Source of the DNA: Clostridia bacterium
Lineage (GTDB): Bacteria > Bacillota > Clostridia > Oscillospirales > CAG-272
DNA length: 64,000 nt
Direction: 5' to 3'
NCBI GenBank assembly: GCA_017623375.1
Contig: JAGAPH010000127.1
Span: 27,331 to 91,330, forward strand
Part shown: in pieces, positions 1 through 8,254 of the stretch
Layout: every line of letters begins with the position of its first letter
Numbering within the stretch: the stretch's first letter is position 1
Made by a program: the position numbers and the translations under genes
The notes under the pieces: model-generated
Told to the model about the DNA's origin: nothing
Seen by the model: only the letters and a program-made list of their open reading frames with translations
Database searches by the model: none

Positions 1-323
1 CTGGGATTGAAGCATATCAATTTCTCGTTCATCGGATCGCGAGCAAAAAAATTCAAATGTATTTCCTTGGAATACACGTCATAAGAGGCATCGGCTGTGG
101 TACGCACGTATCCCTCATAGCCTGTAATCATAATAAAATCGTCATCCGAAAGGTACTGATGCTGCATGGGACGCTCATGATCGGTAATGGCAAGTATGCT
201 ATATCCCTCAGACTTATACATTTCCTTAAGCTCATTCGGTGTCCTATATCCGTCAGACATCGTACTGTGAGAGTGAAGATTTGCTTTATACTGCTTTTTG
301 TCTGGTGATATCAGATAAATCAT
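1..323 (-). CDS. PHP-domain protein (N-terminal part; 3' end lies beyond the window start)
   Basis: Absent from the ORF track because it runs off the window. The reverse-strand ATG at 323-321 is preceded by GGAG (AACAGGAGTTAATATG). The translation MIYLISPDKKQYKANLHSHSTMSDGYRTPNELKEMYKSEGYSILAITDHE... shows the HxH...SDG...TDH metal-ligand pattern of PHP domains. Confidence 0.6.
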   Translation of the reverse strand, partial: MIYLISPDKKQYKANLHSHSTMSDGYRTPNELKEMYKSEGYSILAITDHERPMQHQYLSDDDFIMITGYEGYVRTTADASYDVYSKEIHLNFFARDPMNEKLICFNP

Positions 324-365
324 ATTAACTCCTGTTTATCAAGATTTGTGAAACAAATTTATGTA

Positions 366-713
366 TCAGCGAAAATAATAATATTCACTGTTTTGGGGCG
401 AGGTATTATGATTTTCCACTATCAGCACCTTCGCATCTTTTTCCATAAGCAGCGCATGCCACGCTCCTTTTTTTACATTGTATACTTTATGTGGTAAAAG
501 TGGAGTTTCGCAAAACTCCTTACCTGTAACAAGCGCTGCTCTCCCCGACAAAAGCACAAACACCTCATCGGTAAGCGTGTGACGCTCAAGATAATTATAT
601 CTCTCCCTGTCAAAATGCTCTCCAAAGTTTGCTATGGCAACCCGCCACGACTCAAAACTCATAGTGCGGTTATATCCCGCACCATCATATTCAAAAATTT
701 CTATATCCTTCAT
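366..713 (-). CDS. small cupin-fold protein
   Basis: 115-aa ORF of single-domain size. The beta-rich sequence with ...ERHTLTDEVFVLLSGRAALV...GAWHAL... resembles a cupin barrel. It lies 26 nt downstream of the GH-like gene. Confidence 0.45.
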   Translation of the reverse strand: MKDIEIFEYDGAGYNRTMSFESWRVAIANFGEHFDRERYNYLERHTLTDEVFVLLSGRAALVTGKEFCETPLLPHKVYNVKKGAWHALLMEKDAKVLIVENHNTSPQNSEYYYFR

Positions 714-739
714 ATGTTAACCAACTATCAATTGTGTCA

Positions 740-2758
740 TCATTTACTTTTCTTAATAATCAAATAAGCACGGAAGTCACGGAAAGGAAGCGTTATTTTC
801 CCGTTAACCGCATAAAATTGTTCGCCTGTCAGTTTATCAACGTATTCTCCGTTCTCACGTACCAGTATTTCAGCTGCCGCATCTGTAGCGTTATATACGC
901 CTATTGCGCCTGCGTTTACGTATGTATATACGTGCGGCTCAGTGCTATAACGAAATATTCCCTTTTGAGAAACGATATCGCAAAGCAGATCAGAGGGAAG
1001 AAACGTAGCTGCCGAATATACTGAAAGCCTATCCTCAGTGCTTGCCACGGCAAGCGCGCCGTCCTCAAAATATGCAAGAGGCACGGCTTTTTCATCGTCG
1101 ACGCAGAAATACGGGGCCGCAAGCACGCTTTTAGTAATCTTTTCATTATATACCAATCCGCCGTGAGAGCTTTCGGACTCACGTACACATATACCCGTAG
1201 CGTCGGCTATGCGGCTTACGTCATTTTGGGCGTTGTGCGCATAATCGGGAGCATAAAACCACACGACCGTTACGCCCTCGCGCTGAAGCTTGCGTATTGT
1301 TGCCATTCGCGCCTCGGGAATATCAAACGCGTCAAGTAATATTATCATGCGATAGCGCTCGGACGAGCAGTTATCAATATCACCAATAGAAAAAACGTCA
1401 TAAGGCACGCCAATCTCCGCAAGCGTCCGAAGCATATTGGAAAGGCTTTCATTCGCAAGCTTTTGAGTTTTACGTACGTGGTAAAGAGACTCTCCCTCAG
1501 CATATACTGCGATCTCTGCAATACTGTGCTTTGGTATCTCGCTCAGCTCACCGTGAAGGGAGATCATTTTGCGCACAGCATTCATCATGCCGTCAGATCG
1601 GAACCAGCCATCAAACATATCAAACCACCAAAGCGCCGCGCCGTTTGCGTAACAGAGCAAGAAATCACGGTACATAAGATTCAATGATTCCAGCTCGGTC
1701 TTGCATCGTTTTTCCGCGCCCGGTATCATTTTTAGGCTTTGGTTTCCGTTTGGATCGGCGCACGGTTCTTTTACCATTGAAGGAGCAACATGAGTAATGT
1801 GGTCAAATTCAAGGAAATAAAGCTTTCCGTGCACATCAAGCGTTTTCTGCGTTACCATAAAGGCGCTGGGGTCTGTGAGCAATCTGTATTTGTAATCTGA
1901 AGGACTCGATATCATATCTATATTGTCGGAAAAGAATACCTTTTCGTAACCAAGATGTCCCGCGTTATAAAGTCTCGGAGCACCTAAGTGCATGAGATAA
2001 CCGTAATAGAGTCCGAGAAGCTTTTTGTGCTTGATAACACTTTGAGCTTCGGAAGCAAAGTACAGCACCAGATCGGCAATAGTATCTGCATGGAAGCGGC
2101 GGGCGCTAAGCACGTTTGTCTCTTCTTTGTCAAGAAATACTCTTCCGTCACAGTCCAGCTCTTCCTTTGTGGGAAGTGACGCACTGCTATCATTCAGATA
2201 TCTTCTATATGCGGCTTGCTTTATGGGATGTGGCGCTTCCTTGTCGTGGTCGGAAAACCATTCTGTCGTCGTTCCGCCGAGTAAAAAGTATCCGTATATT
2301 CGGTCTCCGTATTTTTCCTCACAGTGTGTTATTACAGCTTTGAGGTATTCTGCGGCAGCCCGTCTCCATTCTTCGTCATGAGCTATCTGAGACAGGTGAG
2401 TAAAGGAATTGGGTACTTCCGGGTGTGTTTCGAGATACCATGAGCGTGTGTCCACCTGAAACATGGGAGCAAAATAACCGTCGGGCGCATTCTCAATAAA
2501 CATGTCCATTTGCTTATCCACAACCGAGAAATCATATTTATTCTCGCCTACCCACGACTCGCCGAAATGGGAATACGGTACGCCAAGTGCGGAAATTATA
2601 CCGCTCGAAAGCACGCTGAAAAGACGCACGCCCGCAGCGTAAAACTCGGAAATATTTTTTGGATTGGGTCTGAAGGATTTAAAGGATAGCGGAGCGTACA
2701 ACGTTCCGTTAATGTCTACCTTTAACATTCCATTATCTCTTTTTATCGAAGCTTTCAT
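740..2758 (-). CDS. putative glycoside hydrolase (TIM-barrel with a GH42-like C-terminal alpha/beta domain), no signal peptide
   Basis: Long ORF. I moved the start from the track's TTG (2773) to ATG 2758, which has GGGA 7 nt upstream. The N-terminal half looks like a TIM-barrel GH. The segment ...MIILLDAFDIPEARMATIRKLQREGVTVVWFYAPDYA... resembles the GH42 trimerisation/GATase-like domain. Confidence 0.5.
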   Translation of the reverse strand: MKASIKRDNGMLKVDINGTLYAPLSFKSFRPNPKNISEFYAAGVRLFSVLSSGIISALGVPYSHFGESWVGENKYDFSVVDKQMDMFIENAPDGYFAPMFQVDTRSWYLETHPEVPNSFTHLSQIAHDEEWRRAAAEYLKAVITHCEEKYGDRIYGYFLLGGTTTEWFSDHDKEAPHPIKQAAYRRYLNDSSASLPTKEELDCDGRVFLDKEETNVLSARRFHADTIADLVLYFASEAQSVIKHKKLLGLYYGYLMHLGAPRLYNAGHLGYEKVFFSDNIDMISSPSDYKYRLLTDPSAFMVTQKTLDVHGKLYFLEFDHITHVAPSMVKEPCADPNGNQSLKMIPGAEKRCKTELESLNLMYRDFLLCYANGAALWWFDMFDGWFRSDGMMNAVRKMISLHGELSEIPKHSIAEIAVYAEGESLYHVRKTQKLANESLSNMLRTLAEIGVPYDVFSIGDIDNCSSERYRMIILLDAFDIPEARMATIRKLQREGVTVVWFYAPDYAHNAQNDVSRIADATGICVRESESSHGGLVYNEKITKSVLAAPYFCVDDEKAVPLAYFEDGALAVASTEDRLSVYSAATFLPSDLLCDIVSQKGIFRYSTEPHVYTYVNAGAIGVYNATDAAAEILVRENGEYVDKLTGEQFYAVNGKITLPFRDFRAYLIIKKSK

Positions 2759-2876
2759 GCAGTTCCCTTTCAATTGTCAAATTTAGAGTTGTAAAACATA
2801 TCATTTGAAATTTCGGTCAAGACCTCATGCTTTTACACTCTGCAAATGCAAAAGCGTCAAGCCTTGAATGGTCTAT

Positions 2877-2918
2877 GAGTTGTTTTGCCCAAGACTTGTT
2901 TGTTGGGCAAAACAACTC
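2877..2918. repeat. perfect 16-bp inverted repeat (hairpin with a 10-nt loop) with no U-tract
   Basis: GAGTTGTTTTGCCCAA (2877-2892) and TTGGGCAAAACAACTC (2903-2918) are exact reverse complements. The repeat lies 11 nt downstream of the stop of the small minus-strand ORF. Confidence 0.8.
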
Positions 2919-2928
2919 TCAATATGTG

Positions 2929-3066
2929 TCAGGCTATGTCGGTCGGATTTGGAGTTTCCCAATCTCTTATATCTCCGTAGCCCTCGGTTTGTCTCGAATA
3001 GGTGATAACGTCACCGATCTTTGCTACTTTTATAATATTAAGCTCGGGTGTCTGATAGTTTTTCAT
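2929..3066 (-). CDS. unannotated 45-aa ORF (candidate small peptide or RiPP-like precursor)
   Basis: Hand translation of the reverse strand gives ATG at 3066-3064, GAAGGGG 7 nt upstream and TGA at 2931-2929. The peptide is MKNYQTPELNIIKVAKIGDVITYSRQTEGYGDIRDWETPNPTDIA. It is below the 60-aa cut-off of the ORF track. The antisense 105-aa plus-strand ORF (2827..3144) looks spurious. Confidence 0.45.
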   Translation of the reverse strand: MKNYQTPELNIIKVAKIGDVITYSRQTEGYGDIRDWETPNPTDIA

Positions 3067-3080
3067 ACCACTACCCCTTC

Positions 3081-4451
3081 TCAGTTAATTACGCTTGATA
3101 CAAACGCACCGTCTTTAATCGTTACAGTGTATCTTAAGCCGTAATAATCAACGCCGTCTTGGGTGTAAAAGGGTCTTACGTCAAAGGTAACTGTTCCCGA
3201 GGGAATTCCCTTGATGATCACCGCGAAGATACCCTCACCGCCGAGATCGTCGGTGGTATATTCGTAATCGTTGCTGTTATCTTCGCCCAATATCTTCGTA
3301 TATACAGTCTTACAGCTCGTGGTAAAATCATAGCCATCGCCCGTAATTATCTGCAAGCCTACCGAATCGTAGTCAAGGGAATCAACCGTACCAACGAAGC
3401 GTACCGCGTTCTTGCCCTCATACGTGCCTGTCTGTATTCCGCAGTATTTAGCCTCGCCTTCGGTAAAGAGCTTACGCTCGCTCTTCAAACCACTCAGACC
3501 GCCTGCTTTCGTAACATTAGCACTGTCGGAAATATTCAACGTCGTATATTTCACTCCATCACTTGTCGCAGTCGCGTTAAAGGTCATAGTTCCGTCGTAA
3601 ATATTTATTATTATCGGAGCCTTCACCAAGGTAGAGACCTTCTGATTTGCCGTAGTTGTTGTAGATACGTCCTTAAGATTAGTCACCGTAACGTTGCCGT
3701 ATATATTCAATACGCTTTCATGGTTAATCGTCGCAGCATTTGCAATAGTAAGACTGTCACGCCAAGTAGCAAAAGCAGTATAATAAGTGCCACTGTAAAT
3801 GCTTACATATGCTCCGTTTGTGGGAAGATTATTTTCGTCTTTATGAACATTATCATAATGAATACCTGACGTAGCGTAAGTCCAAACAGCTCCTGTTACC
3901 TGACAACGACCTCCGCCTGAAAAATTTTCTCCTATGATTAACTTATGAAATGCAGCGTTTATAACGAAAGATTTAGGCGATGAAAGGTCTGCTCCATATT
4001 CGTCAAATCTAATATTATATAGCACGGTATCTGCACCACAAACAAGAAACACCGTAGTATTTCCATTTCCCCTGACAGTAGGATATTTATCCGTACTCGC
4101 GTTTTTCAAGCCGTATATATATACTGTGCCGTCATGGTCGCCAAAATCAAGATCTCCTGTCATTGTGGTATCATCTTTAACACAGATATTTACGTCTTTG
4201 CCGTTGTTTGCATCAACCGTTGCTAACTCATACGCCTTGGTAAGAGTTTTTACAGGGGAAGCTTCTGTTCCGCTATTGGTATCTTCTCCTGTACCCGATA
4301 CGTACACTGTCGGATTGCTTGGATCGGCAACGGGAGCCGCGGGAATAGTTGAGGCATTGGGTGTCTCAACGTGGTCACTCGCTAAGACGATCATAGGAAT
4401 TGCGGAAAAAATCATACATACCACAATGAATAAAGTAAGTAATTTTTTCAT
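3081..4451 (-). CDS. secreted protein with a predicted right-handed beta-helix N-region and a C-terminal beta-sandwich-like domain
   Basis: Start moved to ATG 4451, which has GGAGGAAATTATG. The signal peptide is MKKLLTLFIVVCMIFSAIPMIVLA. The TVYVSGTGEDTNSGTEASPVKTL motif is typical of the N-cap of pectate-lyase-fold proteins. The N-terminal ~250 aa is paralogous to the 4669..5924 gene. Confidence 0.7.
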   Translation of the reverse strand: MKKLLTLFIVVCMIFSAIPMIVLASDHVETPNASTIPAAPVADPSNPTVYVSGTGEDTNSGTEASPVKTLTKAYELATVDANNGKDVNICVKDDTTMTGDLDFGDHDGTVYIYGLKNASTDKYPTVRGNGNTTVFLVCGADTVLYNIRFDEYGADLSSPKSFVINAAFHKLIIGENFSGGGRCQVTGAVWTYATSGIHYDNVHKDENNLPTNGAYVSIYSGTYYTAFATWRDSLTIANAATINHESVLNIYGNVTVTNLKDVSTTTTANQKVSTLVKAPIIINIYDGTMTFNATATSDGVKYTTLNISDSANVTKAGGLSGLKSERKLFTEGEAKYCGIQTGTYEGKNAVRFVGTVDSLDYDSVGLQIITGDGYDFTTSCKTVYTKILGEDNSNDYEYTTDDLGGEGIFAVIIKGIPSGTVTFDVRPFYTQDGVDYYGLRYTVTIKDGAFVSSVIN

Positions 4452-4512
4452 AATTTCCTCCATTTTTATTTTGTTATAGTCAAATAGTTGTTTTATCAAA
4501 AGTCGCTTTTAG

Positions 4513-4550
4513 CCCCGCAGCCTCGGCAAAAAATATGCCGAGGCTTTGGG
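4513..4550 (-). terminator. hairpin terminator downstream of the 4669..5924 gene
   Basis: CCCCGCAGCCTCGGC ... GCCGAGGCTTTGGGG forms a stem. On the minus strand it is followed by a short T-rich stretch. Confidence 0.5.
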
Positions 4551-4668
4551 GTCAAAAATATATGGGGGTATGTTAAAGTAAGAGATAAAAGTGAACGGAA
4601 AATATATGAGTGCTTATGGGGGGATAGTACTACCTATTCACCTTTCACTGTTAATTTTTCTCTTAACC

Positions 4669-5924
4669 TTACTGCTCTTTCTTCTTGCCGACAGCTACTG
4701 CCGTTCCAAGTACTGCCGCAATAACGAGCGCGCCTGCGCCGATAACAGAGCCGCATCCGCTTTCCTCGGTAGTATCAGTGTTTGTCTCGGGAGCATTCGT
4801 TGCAGGTGCATTTGTTTCGGGAGTGTTTGTCTCGGGCTTCTCGGTATTGCTGCCGCTCGGAATCTCTTCCTCTTCAAACTCTCCGTCATCACCGTTCTCG
4901 CCGTTCTCGTCATCAAACGTGGGAGGCTCAGGAGTGAAATCGTAATCTGCAAGCTGGAACAATGTGGGAGCTGTGCCTGTCAGCTTATTGATAACTCCCG
5001 CATTTACAAAGGTTGCGTTTTCGGCAAAGGAGTTGGTCATAGAGGTAACTCCGCTTTCAGCGCCATTGTAAAAATTAGCTATGTCAAACTGATTATCTCT
5101 TATAGCGTGACCCTTATATGTGTCAACAATACCGCCGTAAATGTTGCAAACTCCGTTACCCGTGGTTCCCTTTTCGGGGTGCATGCTCATAAGGTTGTAA
5201 ACGTGACCGCCGAGCAGGTTGATCTCGGTATTTACGAGCGTACCCGCAGCGTTACCGTCACCATACACGTTTTCCCAATCCCCGCTCATTATGTTTACCA
5301 TTGCCTTAGGCTGAAGGTTCATAGGAGCAGATGAGCCTGCGTTGAACTGACCGCCAAACAACATAAACTTGGAATGAGTACCTGCGGTTGCTTCCGCTGC
5401 CGAGCCTGCATTTACACAAGTAATGTTTTCACCGATAGTGAGAGGATATCCGTTACCGGAAAATACCAATCCCTTACCCATGGTTACCTCAAGCTCAAGA
5501 TCGTAAATAGCAAGAGGCGAGGAAAGATCCATGATAAGATTCTGGTTTGTCGTTTGGAAATTAATTCTGGGATAGGTATTGTCTGCCTGCTTCTTACCGT
5601 GAATGTACACTGTCTTATTGTTTACGGCAAGGTAATACCAATAGTGACCTCCCGTGGTCGCGTCGAAGTATAGGTAACGTCATCAAGAACAATGATCTCA
5701 CCGCCGAGCATTTCAAGCTTGAGAGTTGCTACATCAATGGATTTTACAGCCGTCTGCTCGGTAAGTCCGTCGTTGTCGTCGTTACCTGTGGACGACACGT
5801 AAACGGTCTTGGCAAATGTGGGGGCGGTTGCTGTGTCTGCGCTGGCGAACAGTGTCATTGCCGACGCGCATATCATCAAGCAAAGAACTATCGCGAGCAT
5901 TTTTTTGAGATTGCTTTTTTTCAT
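4669..5924 (-). pseudogene. beta-helix surface-protein paralog with a broken reading frame (signal-peptide fragment 5622..5924 plus body 4669..5610)
   Basis: The 100-aa fragment carries the signal peptide and the TVYVSSTGNDDNDG cap. The 313-aa ORF continues the paralog alignment (TVYIHGKKQADNTYP vs TVYIYGLKNASTDKYP) but in another frame. Restoring one base near 5673-5678 gives ...DDVT-LYFDATTGG...TVYIHG. Confidence 0.55.
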
Positions 5925-5960
5925 TTTTAGTTCCTCCTAAAAAATTTTTTATCAATTAAT

Positions 5961-7388
5961 TTAATTGATTTTTTCCGTATAGCTCTTGATGCTGTTTTCA
6001 ACAGCAGTCTTAGCTGTCGCCACGACAGAGCCGATGGTCGTGGGAGCTCTTTCTATGGCTACCTTGTTTGACAGAACAAGCGTGCTTTCAATTGAACCGA
6101 AGTTCCAAATAAATCCTATGTCGTAAACTCTGTTCTTCAAAATGATGTCTATCATCTTTGAGCTGTTGAGGTCGCTGACCATTCTTGTGGAAAGTATTCT
6201 GTCGTAAAGCTCGGGCATAACTATCTTGTTCGATATCATACTCCAAGCCTGAAGCACGTCTGTGGTACGCTCGTTAGCCGAATTGTTTGCGGGAACGGCA
6301 ATAAATGTCGCCACATGATGGTTTATAGCTGAATAATAATCGGTAACCACGTCGTCAAACTTAGGCATTGGAAGAATACCATAGGTGTCGTTGTAGTTCT
6401 TGATGTAATAGAAGGTCTGGAGAGGGCGCACCAAGAACAGCGTTTGCATGTCGAACATTTTTACTGTAGAATCAACATCAAGTCCCTCACTCTGTCTGTT
6501 GAAGAAATAATTTAGATTCATCAACGTAAATATTTCGCCAAGCGTGTTTACTGCTCTGTTATTGGCAAGATTGTATTTAAGCTCTCCCGCTGTATTTCTG
6601 ATAACAGTCTTTATATTTGCGGAATGAAGAAAATAATATGAAGCGTCGTTCTGGCAGGACATACCGTAAATATCCTCGCCTGACTCCGTTGCCATAACGG
6701 CATATTCCTTCATCTTCTCATACGTCCATTCGCCCTTCTCTACCATTTCGTAAATATTTGGCAGGTGTAGCTTTTCTGCCATTACAGTATTGTAGAATAC
6801 GCCGACGGTAGAAAGCTTATCAAGATAGATTGCATCGGATATCATTCCGTACTGCTTATCCTCAAAGCGTAGAGAATTTTCTGCGGCTCTGTCCCACCAT
6901 GAGTATGAGGTATCAAGCGACAACTCCTTCATGTCCTTGATAAGTCCTTGATTTACGAGACTTGGGAAAAACTCCAGCTCCTGTATAACGAGATCATAGC
7001 AGTCGTCTCCCGAAAGAACATTTGTGCTGAGCAAATTAACCGTTTGAGGTCCGTTCTTATCCATCGACATACTTATGTTGACGTTGAGCATACGTGAAAG
7101 CTCTTGGTTTCTCTGATACACGGTATTCGCAAGGCTATCCTCTCCCATTTGTTCAATATAGATGTCATTGGGATGACCCGCTATGCCGTGCTGAGTTTCC
7201 GCATCTACTCTGAGAACCTTAAATTCGTGACCCTCATAGTTCTTGTCGGAAAAATCGATTTCGTAATCTCCGGCATTTACGCTTTCGCCTACTGTACCGC
7301 TGCCCTCGTCATCTTTCTTGCACGCGATGAACGTCACTGCGGTAAGCAGAGAAAGAAGCAAGCATAAGCTTCTTTTCAGTAGTTTCAT
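5961..7388 (-). CDS. extracellular solute-binding lipoprotein (ABC family-1-type SBP), with no cognate permease or ATPase nearby
   Basis: It has a lipobox (LLTAVTFIAC), RBS GGAGG, a size of ~475 aa and sequence character typical of sugar-binding SBP lipoproteins of Firmicutes. Confidence 0.65.
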   Translation of the reverse strand: MKLLKRSLCLLLSLLTAVTFIACKKDDEGSGTVGESVNAGDYEIDFSDKNYEGHEFKVLRVDAETQHGIAGHPNDIYIEQMGEDSLANTVYQRNQELSRMLNVNISMSMDKNGPQTVNLLSTNVLSGDDCYDLVIQELEFFPSLVNQGLIKDMKELSLDTSYSWWDRAAENSLRFEDKQYGMISDAIYLDKLSTVGVFYNTVMAEKLHLPNIYEMVEKGEWTYEKMKEYAVMATESGEDIYGMSCQNDASYYFLHSANIKTVIRNTAGELKYNLANNRAVNTLGEIFTLMNLNYFFNRQSEGLDVDSTVKMFDMQTLFLVRPLQTFYYIKNYNDTYGILPMPKFDDVVTDYYSAINHHVATFIAVPANNSANERTTDVLQAWSMISNKIVMPELYDRILSTRMVSDLNSSKMIDIILKNRVYDIGFIWNFGSIESTLVLSNKVAIERAPTTIGSVVATAKTAVENSIKSYTEKIN

Positions 7389-7403
7389 TTTGTTCCTCCG
7401 TTT

Positions 7404-8252
7404 TTAATTTTTTATGCTCACATCTACCAACAAAGCGCTATGGTCGGATATCAGCTTGCCCTCATATTCTTCCACAACGTCAAATCGGTCGATATTAACA
7501 ACACTTTTATCTATTGAGCACAGACAGAAATCTATAACGCTTGAGCGAGAGCCAAAGCAGTGAAAGGTAATACGGTTGGTGGTGTCCTTTGCCAGATACC
7601 GCGTATCCTCAAGCCACTCGGTTAGCTTTTTATATACCGCGCCGCCCTCTGCTTCATTCATGTCTCCCGTCAGAAAAACGCTACTTACCTTATACTTATC
7701 CCAAAGCGCGCCTATATGAGCCAGCAGCGCATCTGCCTCTTTAAGTCTTATAGCTGCTCTCTCCTCAGGTGTTTCCGTGTAAGCGCCTATGGCGTACAGG
7801 TGAGTATTTACGTGAAGATAGCTCATGCCCGTCAATTTATTCTTAAGCACCGCCCAGCCCATTGAGATATAGTGCTTTGCGCCAAAGCCTTTTGATGGTA
7901 TGTCGGGTGTTTCCGAAAGCCACATCTGTCCGCTATCGGAGCACTCTGTGGTGTTTGAATTGTACCATATGAAATTTTTAAAGGCATAGGTCGTTCCGTC
8001 CCACTGCTCCTCTTGAGCGCAAACATATCCGCTTGGGGCAATACCTTCATTCACCGCAGTTCTCATATTGCCACGATCTTTTCCCATATCACATTCCTGT
8101 ACTCCTATGGAGTCTGGCTTCTCGGTATTTATAAAGCTTACGATGCGGGGCATCCTGCCTGCAATGAAATTACCCTCTATTCCGTGGTTATTGTTATTAA
8201 GCAGATTGAGCGATGCAACGGTAAACGCCTTGAAGGTTTTATTTGTTTTCAT
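7404..8252 (-). CDS. endonuclease/exonuclease/phosphatase (EEP) family protein, no signal peptide
   Basis: EEP motifs are present: GVQEC, HVNTHL, TGDMN and the C-terminal SDHSALLVDV. It is a close paralog of the C-terminal domain of the upstream gene. Confidence 0.8.
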   Translation of the reverse strand: MKTNKTFKAFTVASLNLLNNNNHGIEGNFIAGRMPRIVSFINTEKPDSIGVQECDMGKDRGNMRTAVNEGIAPSGYVCAQEEQWDGTTYAFKNFIWYNSNTTECSDSGQMWLSETPDIPSKGFGAKHYISMGWAVLKNKLTGMSYLHVNTHLYAIGAYTETPEERAAIRLKEADALLAHIGALWDKYKVSSVFLTGDMNEAEGGAVYKKLTEWLEDTRYLAKDTTNRITFHCFGSRSSVIDFCLCSIDKSVVNIDRFDVVEEYEGKLISDHSALLVDVSIKN

Positions 8253-8254
8253 TT

